Part shown: piece after piece, positions 40,701 to 51,223 of the stretch
How the letters are laid out: the number at the start of each line of letters is the position of its first letter
Numbering within the stretch: the first letter of the stretch is position 1
Origin: Acanthaster planci
Lineage: Eukaryota
Assembly (NCBI RefSeq): GCF_001949145.1
Contig: NW_019091360.1
Coordinates: forward strand, 3,825,816-3,889,815
Reading direction: 5' to 3'
Length of the DNA: 64,000 nt
Notes under the pieces: model-generated
The model's input: only the letters and a program-made list of their open reading frames with translations
The model's database searches: none
What the model was told of the DNA's origin: nothing
Program-made: the position numbers and the translations under genes

Positions 40701-42772
40701 CACTACTTGTAAGTCTTTTAAGTTGTGAATATCTAAACAACCTGGAGTTTGCAAGTAACGGAAGCGAACAAACGGGAATGAACTTTTTTTGCATATTGGC
40801 AATCATATTTCGTGGCGTTTTCGTTTGTATGTTTGGATACGTTCAAACCATAATAAAGTTTGCATTTGCACAATCACATCCCTGATAAGGTAGAGTTCAC
40901 GAGGTTTTATTTTTCTTTCACGCACCATATGTGTACTTGCATGATTCACAACGAAAAGCACGTAGCACGAGATTTGCACGTCTGAAAAAAAAGGACTTAC
41001 ATGTAGTCCCATTTTGAAGGGATTTTTAAAACCCATGATCAGCATTCTGCGGGTACGTGTACAAGGGATTTCGTTTGCGCATGATCGAGCATGCACACAG
41101 TTTTGGTTTAGATTACTGTAAATCAGCCGTTGATGAACAGTGAAAGTTACCGGTATGAGTTTTGAGACAGTCAGGCTCGTTTTTAACGGCGTTTTAATTT
41201 TCCTGAAACGATACTGTTTGGTCCTAACTCTAATTTTTGACAAGAGTTATTTATTTACCTTCCTTCAGCCGTCTTTCTTGTTCTATATAGTAGACATACT
41301 TTCGAGGAATAATTCCACGACTGTTTAATTGTCACAAAAAAGATTCATGTAAATGTACTTACAAGAAAAAGCTGTGGATGCCTGTTTTCAGGGTCAATCT
41401 AGTCCACCTCTGACAAGCTTTCTTGAAGAAATAAGTTTCTTGCCACATTCCAGCAAGCTTGGTTTTGTCTTGTGACCTGGGGTAGTAGGCAGTGTTTCAA
41501 AACTACTTGTAGAAATTCGTCCCTGTGTCGAGTTTTGAAACTAATAAAGTAACACTATAGTCTTTCTTTTAACGTTCTTGCAACATGCTCTGTCAACGTC
41601 GGGCGTACAATCTGTAATTAGAGAATATTGTCGGCTGTTTATTTTCAAGATTTGCCGTAGACACTACTTGTAGTTGAATCTACTCTCGGTTACTGTTCTA
41701 TTAACCTATTTTTTGCAGGTGTATAATTGATGTTTCTTTGCTGCCTAGGAGTACTATTTGCGTCAGATTTCCGCTTATAATCCCCATGGGTTTACCTTCT
41801 TGTAAGAGCGTTAGGTTCAAAAGTTCATACATTTCATTTCAATTGTGCCATCTGTGGACTGAAAAAAATCGGTGGAAGAAGGGTTGGTGATGAGGATTCG
41901 GGCTTGCTATCCATTATTGCTAACACTGAACACTGTCACGTGCCTTGATTTATTTTCATAGCGTTCAAAGGAAAATAATGGCTAACTTCTCGTGGGATTT
42001 TTTTTTATGCCAGTATCTGCTAACTTTAATACTGGGAGATTTGTTTGTTGTCCGACAGAAAACCACCACTGCCGTCCGGGCGATAGGTCGCATGGCTTCA
42101 CTAACCATGTTTGCTGGATTGAAGAAAGCCAACGAACAGTCTCCACCGTGTTCACCGACTCGTAAATCTCTCCTGAAATCCACTCTTAAGAAAGGGCTGG
42201 AAGAGCCTCTTTCACATCACAAAGAGGAGGAAAGTGGCAGGGAAGAAGTGGATGGTTTGTCCAAGACATCAACAGAGCAGAGCTCCAGAGAGAGATTAGT
42301 TGTAGAGAAAACAAATTCCTTAGCAAAAGAATATGAGCAGACAAACTCTAAAGAGAACAGTAACTCAGATGAGAAATCAGGAAATGAAATGAATGGTCTT
42401 GATGATGATAAAACGAACTCCGTGTCATCCAACTCAACCCAGTCTGACGAAGTACCGGTTGCAGCGCGCAGTTGCCTGCCAAAAATCACCAAGCCGATCA
42501 GGGACGCTACGGTGTTCGAAGGGGACTGCGCGCGCTTTGATTGCCACATCGAGGGTGAACCGGAACCGGAAATCACGTGGTACCAGGACGAAGAAGAGAT
42601 TCAGGAGAGCCGTCGGTTTTTGATGGAGCAAGACGATGAGGGTACTTGTTCGCTAATCATCAAAAATGTATGTGAAGACGATGACGCTGAGTACATGATT
42701 GAGGCTGTTAATTCGGCTGGAAAAGCGTCTAGTATAGCAGAACTCATTGTACATGTCCCACGTAGGAAGTGA
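6818..42772 (+). CDS. MYLK: Gene 1: giant smooth-muscle-type myosin light chain kinase (11 Ig, IQ, DFRxxL, Fn3, kinase, CaM-binding, telokin-like Ig); 21 exons, 5' end possibly incomplete
   Basis: Exons 6818-7751, 11635-11686, 14855-17466, 20320-20628, 20858-21050, 21304-21647, 21921-22220, 22522-23454, 23729-23926, 24841-25189, 25585-25871, 26179-26295, 26522-27166, 36107-36385, 36743-37084, 37202-37295, 37755-37955, 38296-38637, 38914-39066, 39413-39536, 42059-42772. All are GT-AG and phase-compatible; total 9,522 nt (multiple of 3), ending TGA. Fn3-kinase-RRRWQKT..AVRAIGR-Ig order is the established MYLK architecture. Confidence 0.85.
11635..11686 (+). CDS. MYLK: 52-nt linker microexon (VLGGDGFGEEDRAPSEQS)
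   Basis: Acceptor ttctctactcag, donor AG|gtatgt; phase 1 to 2 exactly bridges exon 6818-7751 and exon 14855. Confidence 0.75.
14855..17466 (+). CDS. MYLK: 2.6-kb exon: S/K/R/P-rich low-complexity region, DYRDVL motif, Ig domain
   Basis: 882-aa ORF; acceptor catag|CTTG, donor ACAG|gtaagc; Ig from PPTFVQKP to DAGVYTC. Confidence 0.9.
18561..18949. repeat. Degenerate repeat element with internal CC..AAATCCTTC/AAATCCTCC subrepeats and loosely inverted ends
   Basis: Starts ttaaccctaacccc, ends gggaggtttaggtttaa; the motif recurs near 18605, 18650, 18712 and inverted near 18915-18938. Confidence 0.35.
20320..20628 (+). CDS. MYLK: Exon: I-set Ig domain
   Basis: Polypyrimidine acceptor, donor gtaagt; APSFLRRI..C..W..DDAVYTC. 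Confidence 0.9.
   Translation, partial: KNPSQSFQRDKLHLFFAGLRTAKFAKATEPCLSAKLQATPPLTSRGSWTAKWCRKTDAIKSRANLTVHARWSSVTSRKKMMLCIRALLRTAWAWSRARQNSS
20858..21050 (+). CDS. MYLK: Exon: PEVK-like (P/E/V/K-rich) linker
   Basis: ttgcag|AA acceptor, GA|gtaagg donor; PKEPKKEEVIEKV..PKPAPKKEEKVE; phase 1 to 2 fits neighbours. Confidence 0.8.
21304..21647 (+). CDS. MYLK: Exon: I-set Ig domain
   Basis: tttcag acceptor, gtaagc donor; PPEFILRP..FTC..W..DAGRYTC. Confidence 0.9.
21921..22220 (+). CDS. MYLK: Exon: I-set Ig domain
   Basis: tttacag acceptor, gtgagt donor; PPKFIQRL..FSC..W..DEGEYEC. Confidence 0.9.
22522..23454 (+). CDS. MYLK: Exon: acidic E/D/S-rich linker plus first part of an Ig
   Basis: tttcgcag acceptor, ACAG|gtatta donor; ends KPEFLQTLSDVEVMDGSPLALTVKVT. 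Confidence 0.85.
23729..23926 (+). CDS. MYLK: Exon: second part of Ig
   Basis: GIPEPEVMW..DAGVYIC; tttcag acceptor, gtgaga donor. Confidence 0.9.
24841..25189 (+). CDS. MYLK: Exon: Ig domain plus DFRQLL actin-binding motif
   Basis: PPKFTQKP..W..DAGSYSC..TDFRQLLKS; poly-T acceptor, gtaaat donor. Confidence 0.9.
25585..25871 (+). CDS. MYLK: Exon: DFRHVL motif plus first part of an Ig
   Basis: QQLDFRHVLTRHVQTKKAPKFVEEL..C..W; phase 2 to 1. Confidence 0.85.
26179..26295 (+). CDS. MYLK: Exon: second part of Ig (not in ORF track)
   Basis: Hand translation GTLVKLTITEAFPEDEGEYSCIASNTAGQDKTTSDLKII; cccag acceptor, gtaagt donor. Confidence 0.9.
26522..27166 (+). CDS. MYLK: Exon: acidic and proline-rich linker plus Ig
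   Basis: atgcag acceptor, gtcagt donor; KKPPPVPAKK, RPQFVQGL..C..W..DAGTYTC. Confidence 0.88.
33458..33506. repeat. Imperfect (ATC/GTC)n microsatellite
   Basis: catcaatatcaacatcatcatcgatatcgtcattatcgtcatcgtcatcat. Confidence 0.6.
36107..36385 (+). CDS. MYLK: Exon: Ig domain preceding Fn3
   Basis: ctctgcag acceptor, gtaagg donor; ISCQITG..W..DAGRYTL. Confidence 0.9.
36743..37084 (+). CDS. MYLK: Exon: fibronectin type III domain
   Basis: DKPDPPAGKP..LSW..YDGGSRILGYVVE..W..YLFRVSAENEHGVSEPS. Confidence 0.93.
37202..37295 (+). CDS. MYLK: Exon: linker and kinase N-terminus
   Basis: VTIRTDKEVTDLYEMKEQCGK; phase 1 to 2. Confidence 0.88.
37755..37955 (+). CDS. MYLK: Exon: kinase subdomains I-V
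   Basis: Gly loop GKGRFGVV, FAAKFI lysine, EIRIMNELHHPKL. Confidence 0.95.
38296..38637 (+). CDS. MYLK: Exon: kinase catalytic core
   Basis: YIAGGELFERV, HLDLKPEN, DFGLAR, GTPEFVAPE, DLWSVGVICY. Confidence 0.97.
38914..39066 (+). CDS. MYLK: Exon: kinase subdomains IX-XI
   Basis: LLSGLSPFMGDTDAETLSNVTAAEWDFDDEAFDDISDESKDFIEKLL. Confidence 0.95.
39413..39536 (+). CDS. MYLK: Exon: kinase end and autoinhibitory segment (not in ORF track)
   Basis: Hand translation KRQTVEDCLKHKWLNKDIKTMKATQLSTAKLKKFVARRRWQ; cgcag acceptor, gtatgt donor, phase 0. Confidence 0.93.
42059..42772 (+). CDS. MYLK: Terminal exon: CaM-binding second half (KTTTAVRAIGRM), linker, telokin-like Ig, stop
   Basis: gacag|AAA acceptor; VFEGDCARFDC..W..ESRRF..DDDAEY; TGA at 42770-42772. 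Confidence 0.93.
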   Translation, partial: KTTTAVRAIGRMASLTMFAGLKKANEQSPPCSPTRKSLLKSTLKKGLEEPLSHHKEEESGREEVDGLSKTSTEQSSRERLVVEKTNSLAKEYEQTNSKENSNSDEKSGNEMNGLDDDKTNSVSSNSTQSDEVPVAARSCLPKITKPIRDATVFEGDCARFDCHIEGEPEPEITWYQDEEEIQESRRFLMEQDDEGTCSLIIKNVCEDDDAEYMIEAVNSAGKASSIAELIVHVPRRK

Positions 42773-44731
42773 GCGCATTGTGCAACCCATCAAGCATCTA
42801 TTTTGCTGCATTTTAGCTGTTTCTGTAGCCTCTACCACCATCGTAGATAAGGTTTAACCCTGAACTGACAGAAGCAGAGAAACGATTTTTCAAGGTTGCC
42901 TTGTTTAACGTTTGTCTTGTGAAATGGGTGAGTGTCCGCCGCTCGAGTTGAAGTGCGCCCTCACCTGCAAAGAAGAGACCGGCTTGTGAAGTTTTTCAAT
43001 CTAACTCCGGCAGCATCCAGCGCACACGCGAAGATCATTGCATATGAACGTGGCTATCGACGATTCGAACCATTAGAAATTGGTCGCGCGTGCGCACGCC
43101 CTCTTTTGTTCCCGCCCGGAGCAGACAGATGTATGCCACTTTCCCTCCATGGTAATTAACAAAAATGTATGTAGCCCCCTGCCAAGCCAGCTAACATTGT
43201 CTAACATTTCCAGTCATTTACAGTACATGTAAACAAATGGACGGACGATTTCGGAGGGTACGGTACTTAGCCTGTAGTATTCAGTGAGATTCAGCGTAAG
43301 TCAACTTTTATTTTCTTTCAGAGACTTTTTTGAACTGTATGTAAATATTACTGTAAAAATTATTCTGCTTGTTCCCCTTTTGTTCTCCATAAGTTTAATT
43401 GGTTTATTTTGTTGTCGTTTATTTTATGAGAACTTGTCGAATTTGTTTGTTCGACAATGTTTTGAAAGTTGGTTTCGCACGTTTCAGAGTAAACTGGCTG
43501 ATTTGTTGCAGCGTTTTCAGCAACGAAATCTACAATACGCCTTATAGTTTTTATGTTAACTTGAATGTTTAACTGCTTGAAAGTTACCACAATATTTTGG
43601 TTGTGTGTCAGATCAGTTGCTTGGTATTGGCAGCACCCTATCCTGTTTTTGTTTCCTTTTTTTGCACTGCTTTTGCTTGTGAAGTATGTTTATCATTTAA
43701 GTGTTTTTTGTTTTGTTTTGGTGTTTTGTTTTGTTTTTTTGACAAAAAAAGTTTTAATTTGGCTTAAATCCACCTCTCCATCAACGAGTGTAGTAAATGG
43801 TTTCGTTCAGGAAGGAAATCGTGTATAGATATTGAAACATTCATTTTTTACCATAGAAATTAAGACTTTCTGTACTTCAGACTTTGGTTATTAATTTATT
43901 TCACGTTTTTATATTTTTGATGTTTACAAGGAATCTGAAGTCTTAATTCATTTTTAAAGCCTTTTGTAACTGCGTTATTTTATTTTTTTTATCTCGAATG
44001 GTACGAGTGAAATATGCATGTAGGATTTCTCCTTTTGACCTCTAGTCTTAAATTAGCATTTTTGTATTTCAAATTGTCACGGCAGTCAAAAACGCTAACC
44101 AGATTAATATACGTAGCTCCATTTATGACATGGACGATATATATACCATCGAACATAAACTGTATATTTCACCTTTTGTAAGCTACACGTTTGTATTCCT
44201 GAAGCATAATCATTTATACTTCGTTATTATGACCAAATTGATGAAATAATTCTGTAATAATTTTAATGGAGTATAAATTGGGGCGACATTGTGTTGTTCA
44301 TTTCAGCCAGTGTGATACGTCATCATTTTCAGAGACACTAAGGTCAAGTTGCTATTTCAATTTGGTATTTCCTTGTAGAAGATTGGATTACGAACTTTCA
44401 GGAAACAGACATTTTTAAAACGCTGTCGAAACATCCGATCGCGAATCCTCAAAATAATGGCATTGTGGCTATTCTTGTGCATTGTTTTAGTGCACGTTTT
44501 ACATACTATGCAGCTTTCTTCCAAGAAGTCTTCTGTTTAAAACCGTCAGTCATTTTATAAATTCTTGTTAATATTTAAACTACTTACCATAAGAAACTTT
44601 GCATGGAAAATAACATCGGAATGGTCGTCAGGATGTAGCGAAGAGGGTATCGAATAGTGAATATAATCATAATCGGAGAGAATAGGCGTACTCGACACTA
44701 TCCGGAATGGTCTTGCATGTTATCGAATAAA
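42773..44731 (+). other. Probable long U-rich 3' UTR of gene 1; end uncertain
   Basis: T-rich non-coding sequence after the stop; AATAAA at 44726-44731 (variant signals occur earlier). Confidence 0.4.
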
Positions 44732-45984
44732 GGTACAGTAAAATCAACTACTTCGCGGTCAAACCCGTGCGGATTTCTGAGTTAAAAATTAAAAACAAAC
44801 TTCAATGCCCACGTTTCCTTCATGTTACTGTTTCAGCGTGCAGGTTGTGGTAACCGTTTCGTTGACGACTCCCCTTGAAAGGTAAATATTGAGACGTAAA
44901 TACCGTCCCGTCGTTGGTTAGTGTGATTCCTTTAAATGAACTAAACAAATAATTGTCAAAAACTTTTCCCCCTCGGTTCTCCGACATACTCATGAGCGTT
45001 TCTTAGTTTTTTCTCTGTTCCGTTTAATTAAGGAAACCTTGATTTTTGATTATGCTGGTTCAAAGGGGGCGCTCTTCCATGAGAACAAAGTTCATCTGTG
45101 CCCGTTTTTCTGAACGAAAGGGTGTTTGAAATATGAAGACACAGCAAGAAAAGAATTCCTTTGGGAAAGCAGGGCGGGTTCAGCCATTTTGCACACAACA
45201 AGAAATTAATCCTCATCTTTCCGTTCTGTCAAAATTAATAGCGCCCTCTTTTGGGGAGTATGATGCTTGAATAAGCACCAGCAGCACGATGCGACGGAAT
45301 TTTCCAGCTTCAATGTTGATTTTTGCTCTTGTTATGTTTGATACATCGCTCTTGATTTTTAGTTCATAAATTAAAAAGGAAGACACATCTTCAGAATACA
45401 CAATGGGAACAAATTCGTGACGACAAAAGTAGCACAGGGAAATTCCCTAGTTTTTCCTGCAGAAACTAATCTGCCGTAGCCATTACCTTGGTGACAATTG
45501 TAGTTCGTGTATAACCAATACATTCCGGCTGATTTTACTCTTCAAGGACGAGTGAGATTTTTACAGGATTGTAGCAATATGCACCGTTATAAATCTATGA
45601 TTTGGGGGCAAGGATTCTGATATAATACAGCCTGCATTCACAGGCGGATTTTTACAGCCTGTTCTATTTTCTAAATCAAAGACAATGTCCCATATTAATG
45701 TAGCGTTTTAAGTTTGCTGTTTTAAATGTGTGTTTCTGACCCTGACGTATGTTTCAATGTGCTACCCAACATAAGCTATAGGCTATTGTTGCTATGACAG
45801 CATCTTCAACGTTCACGTTCATATTGCCATGGTTATCCGTTTTTCTTCGAACTGAAGCTGTTGTATTGTCACTGCCATTTCTGGAAGACATTCAGGATTT
45901 CTTGACGGCACTTTATTATATGGACTCCTCAAGGAGTTGTTTTTCCGGCAATAGCACCACAGGCCTGTGTGCATTCCTAAACTT

Positions 45985-46256
45985 TATAGGCGCGCGTGCA
46001 TTCATGACGAGCCGGCACGCTATTGGTCGAAGAGGAATGCAACGCGCGCGTACAACGTGTGCACGTTACCGGCACTACTACTGCAGGGCACTACAGTCAA
46101 CTTCGCTGCCGCAGTAGTGGTTACACCTCCATGAAAATGTCCGTCTCTCTTTCTTGAACACTGTGCATTGTTAGTCACTGTGATATGTAACACCCCATTG
46201 AACAGGCACCGTTTACTGCGTGCTGTCGGCCAGCTGTGAAACGTTCTTTGACCCAG
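45985..46256 (+). promoter_or_regulatory. Candidate promoter and non-coding first exon of gene 2
   Basis: Local CpG/CGCG enrichment and an inverted CCAAT (attgg near 46022), followed by strong donor CAG|gtaagc at 46256/46257; a second strong donor AAG|gtaaga at 47171. Confidence 0.4.
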
Positions 46257-49200
46257 GTAAGCATGAGGCCTATTACAATTAGAAACAAAATCATTTAAAA
46301 ATGGCTTTATTTTGTTTTATCACCTGAACATGTAATGTTAACTTGTGTTAAAGAGGTAATTTATCTATAATTCAGGTGTTATCTTTGTTTTTGTCTGTTT
46401 TTCTGAACGGAGGAACTTCAAGTTCTTTGTTTTTCGGTGATGGCAATTGAAATGTCTATTTAAAAAGGTAGCAAAACCGAAGCAGGGCACGTCCTTGAGG
46501 GCGCACATTTCGTCAAGCTGACTTGCACGTGCTCCGTCGTGGTAACGCACGTGCATTTCAATGTTCACAATGCCACGCATGTGGTAGGCCGACCGTCAAC
46601 ATAGAGGTCCAAGTCTCATCAATCGGATTAAGTGTATATCTACTTTTCTATTTTTTTGATTTTCTTACTTTTGATTGTATTTAGTATTTTGGCACAAAAT
46701 GTGGGGCCCTGCTCGTTATTTGTTGTTCCAATTAGCCATGAAAGTCTCTATCAAATATAGAAATTAATCTTCATGCTGCAGTGTCAACTGCATCTTATTT
46801 TTTCTCTTCTTGTGGCTGTTAACAAGCTGCCCTAACCTTAGCGATATGGTATTTCATCACTCAGATGCTGAAGTCGATTACCTTTACCTTTTCTCATCAA
46901 CGACCTCCATCGTTAATGAACCACTTACAGACGAGGACACAAAGCGATGTGATATCGTACGATAAACAGTAATTACGTAGGATGTTTGCTGTCCTGTCGT
47001 AGAACGTCGCGATATTAAAAACAAGTGGGCGGCCAGTCGCTGACCTTTGACCCACGTGAACATTGAATGCAACAGCCTTTCAAGCCTCCAGTTCAGTTTG
47101 CCTGGACGTATTGACCAGCAGCCTTCTGAAAACACTTCGTACGGAGCTGGCCTTTCGTCGACAGCTACAAGGTAAGAAAAGCAACCGTTAGTATTTTGAA
47201 TCTGTCTCCCCCCCCCTTGAGGAATAACGCAAGTATCAGATACTTACAAATAAACATAACGAAGCCACCAGATATTTTAAAAGGGGCGTGTCTGTTACGG
47301 TAGAATCTGTCTCTGTCCGAAGTTGATTCTTTATTTCAAATCTTGAGGAAAAGTGTCAGCATACATCTGTTCTTTCCCGTGAATGATTTGAAGGGCCAAG
47401 TGTTTCATAGCGCTGCAGTTGAATAATATCAGGGTCACGAATAACATTCTAACTACAAAAACATTAAGATCTTGAAGGCATGTGATTCTGTACCAAGTTT
47501 TTTTTTATGCCATGAGAATAAAGGCATTGTTGTCAACGCAGGTGTATGGAAGCAAGACAAGCCATGCATATCCATTTAAAATGCATTTTAATGTTGGATA
47601 CTTCATATTTCATGGCACATTTTATACAGAAATGCATTAGTCAGTGCCGCAATTCACGAAGACTGACTTCACGGTTGAACAGTTCGATCAAGTTATTATA
47701 ATTAGCCACCGGGCAACTGCAGTGTGTGAGCTGGATTCTACTCGGAGTTACGCGACAGTCGAGGATGGTAACAATGCTGACAACTCCGGGGTCCATGAGT
47801 CTGCGATGGGAACTATTACCGAATTGTCGACCTTCAACTCAGTCAGCAGTCATAAGTAAAGAGTGCAACCTCTCAAATTGACATGCAAAGCCGTCAATAC
47901 CAGTGGAAGAATGTCGATTGACTGGCTTTAGCATTATGATCGAAATTGCGAGGGAAATAAGGACCTGGGAAGCAAGGGCGAATTCCTGCACGAGGGAGAC
48001 CGACTTGACACAAGAAAGCTCGGCGAAAATGAAGCCTGGACTAGCACAATGCGAATTGAACAATGTGCTCGGGAAGAATGGATCCAGTAATATTAGCGAA
48101 GCTAGTCAGGCGTCATCACGTTACTTGGCTCGCTAGAGGTTAGGTGAGAACATGCTGCATGTTGATGAATTGGTACATTCAGTAACGGATGTAAAGCATC
48201 TCAGCTATGAAGGAAAAGTCAGGAGAATCCAGAGGGTGAAGGATGCGGGTGACTTTTGTTGTCAAAATCAATAACCATGGTAACACACTCATGGAACCAA
48301 CCAACGGGAGCTGAACATGGCGGCGTGAAGCAAAGACTATTTTGCCGTTGACAATATATTACCACCACTCACTGAGTACGGGTTTAGTAAAGTGTTGCTA
48401 GGCAACTGTTACTAGGCACTCAACCACCGGATGATCATATGACAGGTATTTAGTGCTCTTTCTCCTCCTCGTTTGTTTGCTCACACTTGCTAGATAAGTT
48501 GATTACCTAACGTGTCTAATTTACTCTTCGGCGGCCACGCCACAGCCATCAGGCCTCAATTTTGGGGGGCTGATGTGATGGATAGATGGAATCCGAAGTC
48601 CGTGCAATATTGCTTCATGGAAAAAGCTTTCCGTCGAATTAGGAACTATGATTGCCGTCGTGAGTTCCATACTCCTCAAGGTATGAAAAATAGGTCTAGC
48701 TTGAGCTTAGACGCTGTCATGATCTAATTATCGTTCACGAAGGAGCTCTAATGTGTAGGCTTCTACATTTACGCATCTGGAGAAAGACTCAGATCAGAGC
48801 ACACGACTTTGAAATGAATTAATGAAACAAAGAGCAGATAATTTTAAATTAGTGCTGCAATAATCCTTGTTTACTATCGGATTTGGCAGCATTAAACGTA
48901 CACGTAAATGAGCTGATTTATTTCTTTTGAAAAAGTATCCAAAGCCTCTTACTTATTACGTACCGTGACCCGGGCATTCCCTTTATTAGTCGCATCACGG
49001 TTTTAGATTATTATGAATGACTAAAGCAAACATCACTTTCGTCCCTTGTCTTTTACATAAATCTGTCCAGACACTACCACCCCCTTTATTGTTCACGAAC
49101 CAGTTATAATAATAACGATAAGTCATTCAGTTATATTTATCCATGTTTTATAGACACTGCCTAGAACCAGCAGGTAGCCAGGGATTGCTTTGTTGGAGTG

Positions 49201-51108
49201 TTTTCTGAATGACCTTGTGTTCGCATTCGGGTAGAATCAGACAGCCCGTCTGTTCAATCTCGTCGACTTGTGCACTCGGATGCGATTTTTTCCCCCGCAC
49301 AAAGTTAGTGGCAGAAGTAATACCTTAATACCTGTGTTTGTTTTATGTTGATTGGTTGTTTACCTAGGGATTCTTTTTGGTGTTGCCAGTATTTACCATT
49401 TTTATACAGCGTTTTTACAGAAATTAAACGTGTGTTGCACGATCTTTCAATCCAACCAGTATTATGTTTCTACTTGGACAAAGTGGAGCAAATGTCATCA
49501 TGGAAAGTGTTGGTCGTAATCTTTTGATGAATTTCTAACGGTTTTAGTCCAGGCTTGAATCAAAGTAGAAGTTCAGTACCAGACACCAATCAGTTGGGTT
49601 TCTTTAAATTCTTTAGTATACTTAATGAAGCATGGTTTCAAATTTTTGGTGACCCAAATTTTGGGGGGCCAAACTTTTGGGGGGTGGGCAAAAAATTGGG
49701 AAATTTGTGTCCTGTCACCTTTTGGGGTCTTTCTAAGGGGTGAGGATACATGTTTCGGCTTTATACTCGCTTTCTGAAGAAGGGAAATTAAATAGACCAA
49801 ACAATTGGTGTCTTTCTCTCATTATTATTAAAATGGCTGGGGGGCTGGCCCCCATTGCACTTCATCCGCCATTGTCATGAAGTATCAGATACACTGAGAC
49901 GTCGTTATGGCGTATGCTTGACTGAACTTTTCAACAACGAAAATGCGATTTCAACCTTGAAATTAAAGCAGGACAAATTGGATTACTTGAAGCAATTATG
50001 ATGAAGGAACATTGTAGGCTTTCAGACTGTGGCGGTCACATTGTAGGTACAAAGTGATGTTTGTGTGTTGCCAGTTCGTAAACATTCGTCTATCCCACTG
50101 AAATTGTCTATGTTTCACCTGATTGAAGCCTAAGAAAATTGGTTCTCTGATATCAATCTCCTGTTTTGCCATCCAGTAAAAAAAAGGCAAAAATTACTGT
50201 CCAGATGCCATGTTCATCGTCTATGACATCCACCTCATGTTGTGAAGAACATGTTTCGCAGTGTCATGTTGGAATAATGTATGATGCGGATTTCGTTTCA
50301 AGCTAAAATCGTACACAAGAAACAATACTTTATTCTAGTGTGGAATTTTGTTGTAATGGCATGCATATCTACTGACGTTTATCATTGCAAAGGGAAAATG
50401 GTGATTATCAGCTTAGCTTATGCAGTTCAGGACTGACGGGTTGCGGAGTTTTATACCTTAGAGCAAAGCGCAGCTCTACGTACGCAGCTATACGTTGACA
50501 TGTTCATTTATATCTCGGATCAAGATGTACGAAGGCCTAGCTCATTCCACTATTCGCCATAAACGTCACTTGGTTAGCCGTATTTGCATAACCGAGGAAT
50601 CTGCCACGTCCATCTTCCTTAGATGTGTCGTTTGCAGATACATGTGGGTTTTTTAGTATAATTATTATTCGCTAATTTATTCTGTATGTGTTGATTGATT
50701 TGTTTGGTTTGACACAAAACGTTCGTCCGTATTTTGATTATCACCATTAGTTTATTCGTTTCTTGTTTGCCGGTTTCCATCTTCACTATGTGCTCGCCCT
50801 TCATGCAGCTTCACTCAAGAATTTCTTTTCAACTATCACCGTCTTGCCATAGGTTAGTGAATAGTGAAAGGTACGGTAGTAATGCGAAAAGGAGCGTGTC
50901 CTTCTCTCAAACGACACTCAGCAAACATGGTTCCAGCATCCAGATGTAATTTTTTTTGCCTTCATTTCACAGAACACTCAATAGGTTCTCCAGTTTCGAG
51001 CTCTTGACATTCATGCCCACTCATGTACCTCTAACGCCTAAATAAAAAAAACTTGTGTTTCATTTTTTTTTCTCTGATATTGCAGGTTAGGCAAGTGAGC
51101 TATAAGAG

Positions 51109-51223
51109 ATGGCAAGCTGTCAAGATGAGGCAAGACGCCATCTTCAACACTGGAGGACTTCCCCAGCCGCTTCACCATCTTTCAACGGGATCCGTGTAGA
51201 GTTCACGCTTAACCTGGGAGCAG
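51109..51223 (+). CDS. Gene 2 candidate alternative start exon a (MASCQDEARRHLQHW..FTLNLGA), GC donor
   Basis: Strong acceptor at 51085, gagATGG start, CAG|gcgagt phase-1 donor compatible with exon 53776. Confidence 0.45.

Noticed and set aside
47630..48140. Coding-like stretch with two short ORFs in the 5' region of gene 2
   Set aside because: Both ORFs are closed by stops and I found no phase-compatible splice path; it may be UTR or a decayed exon.
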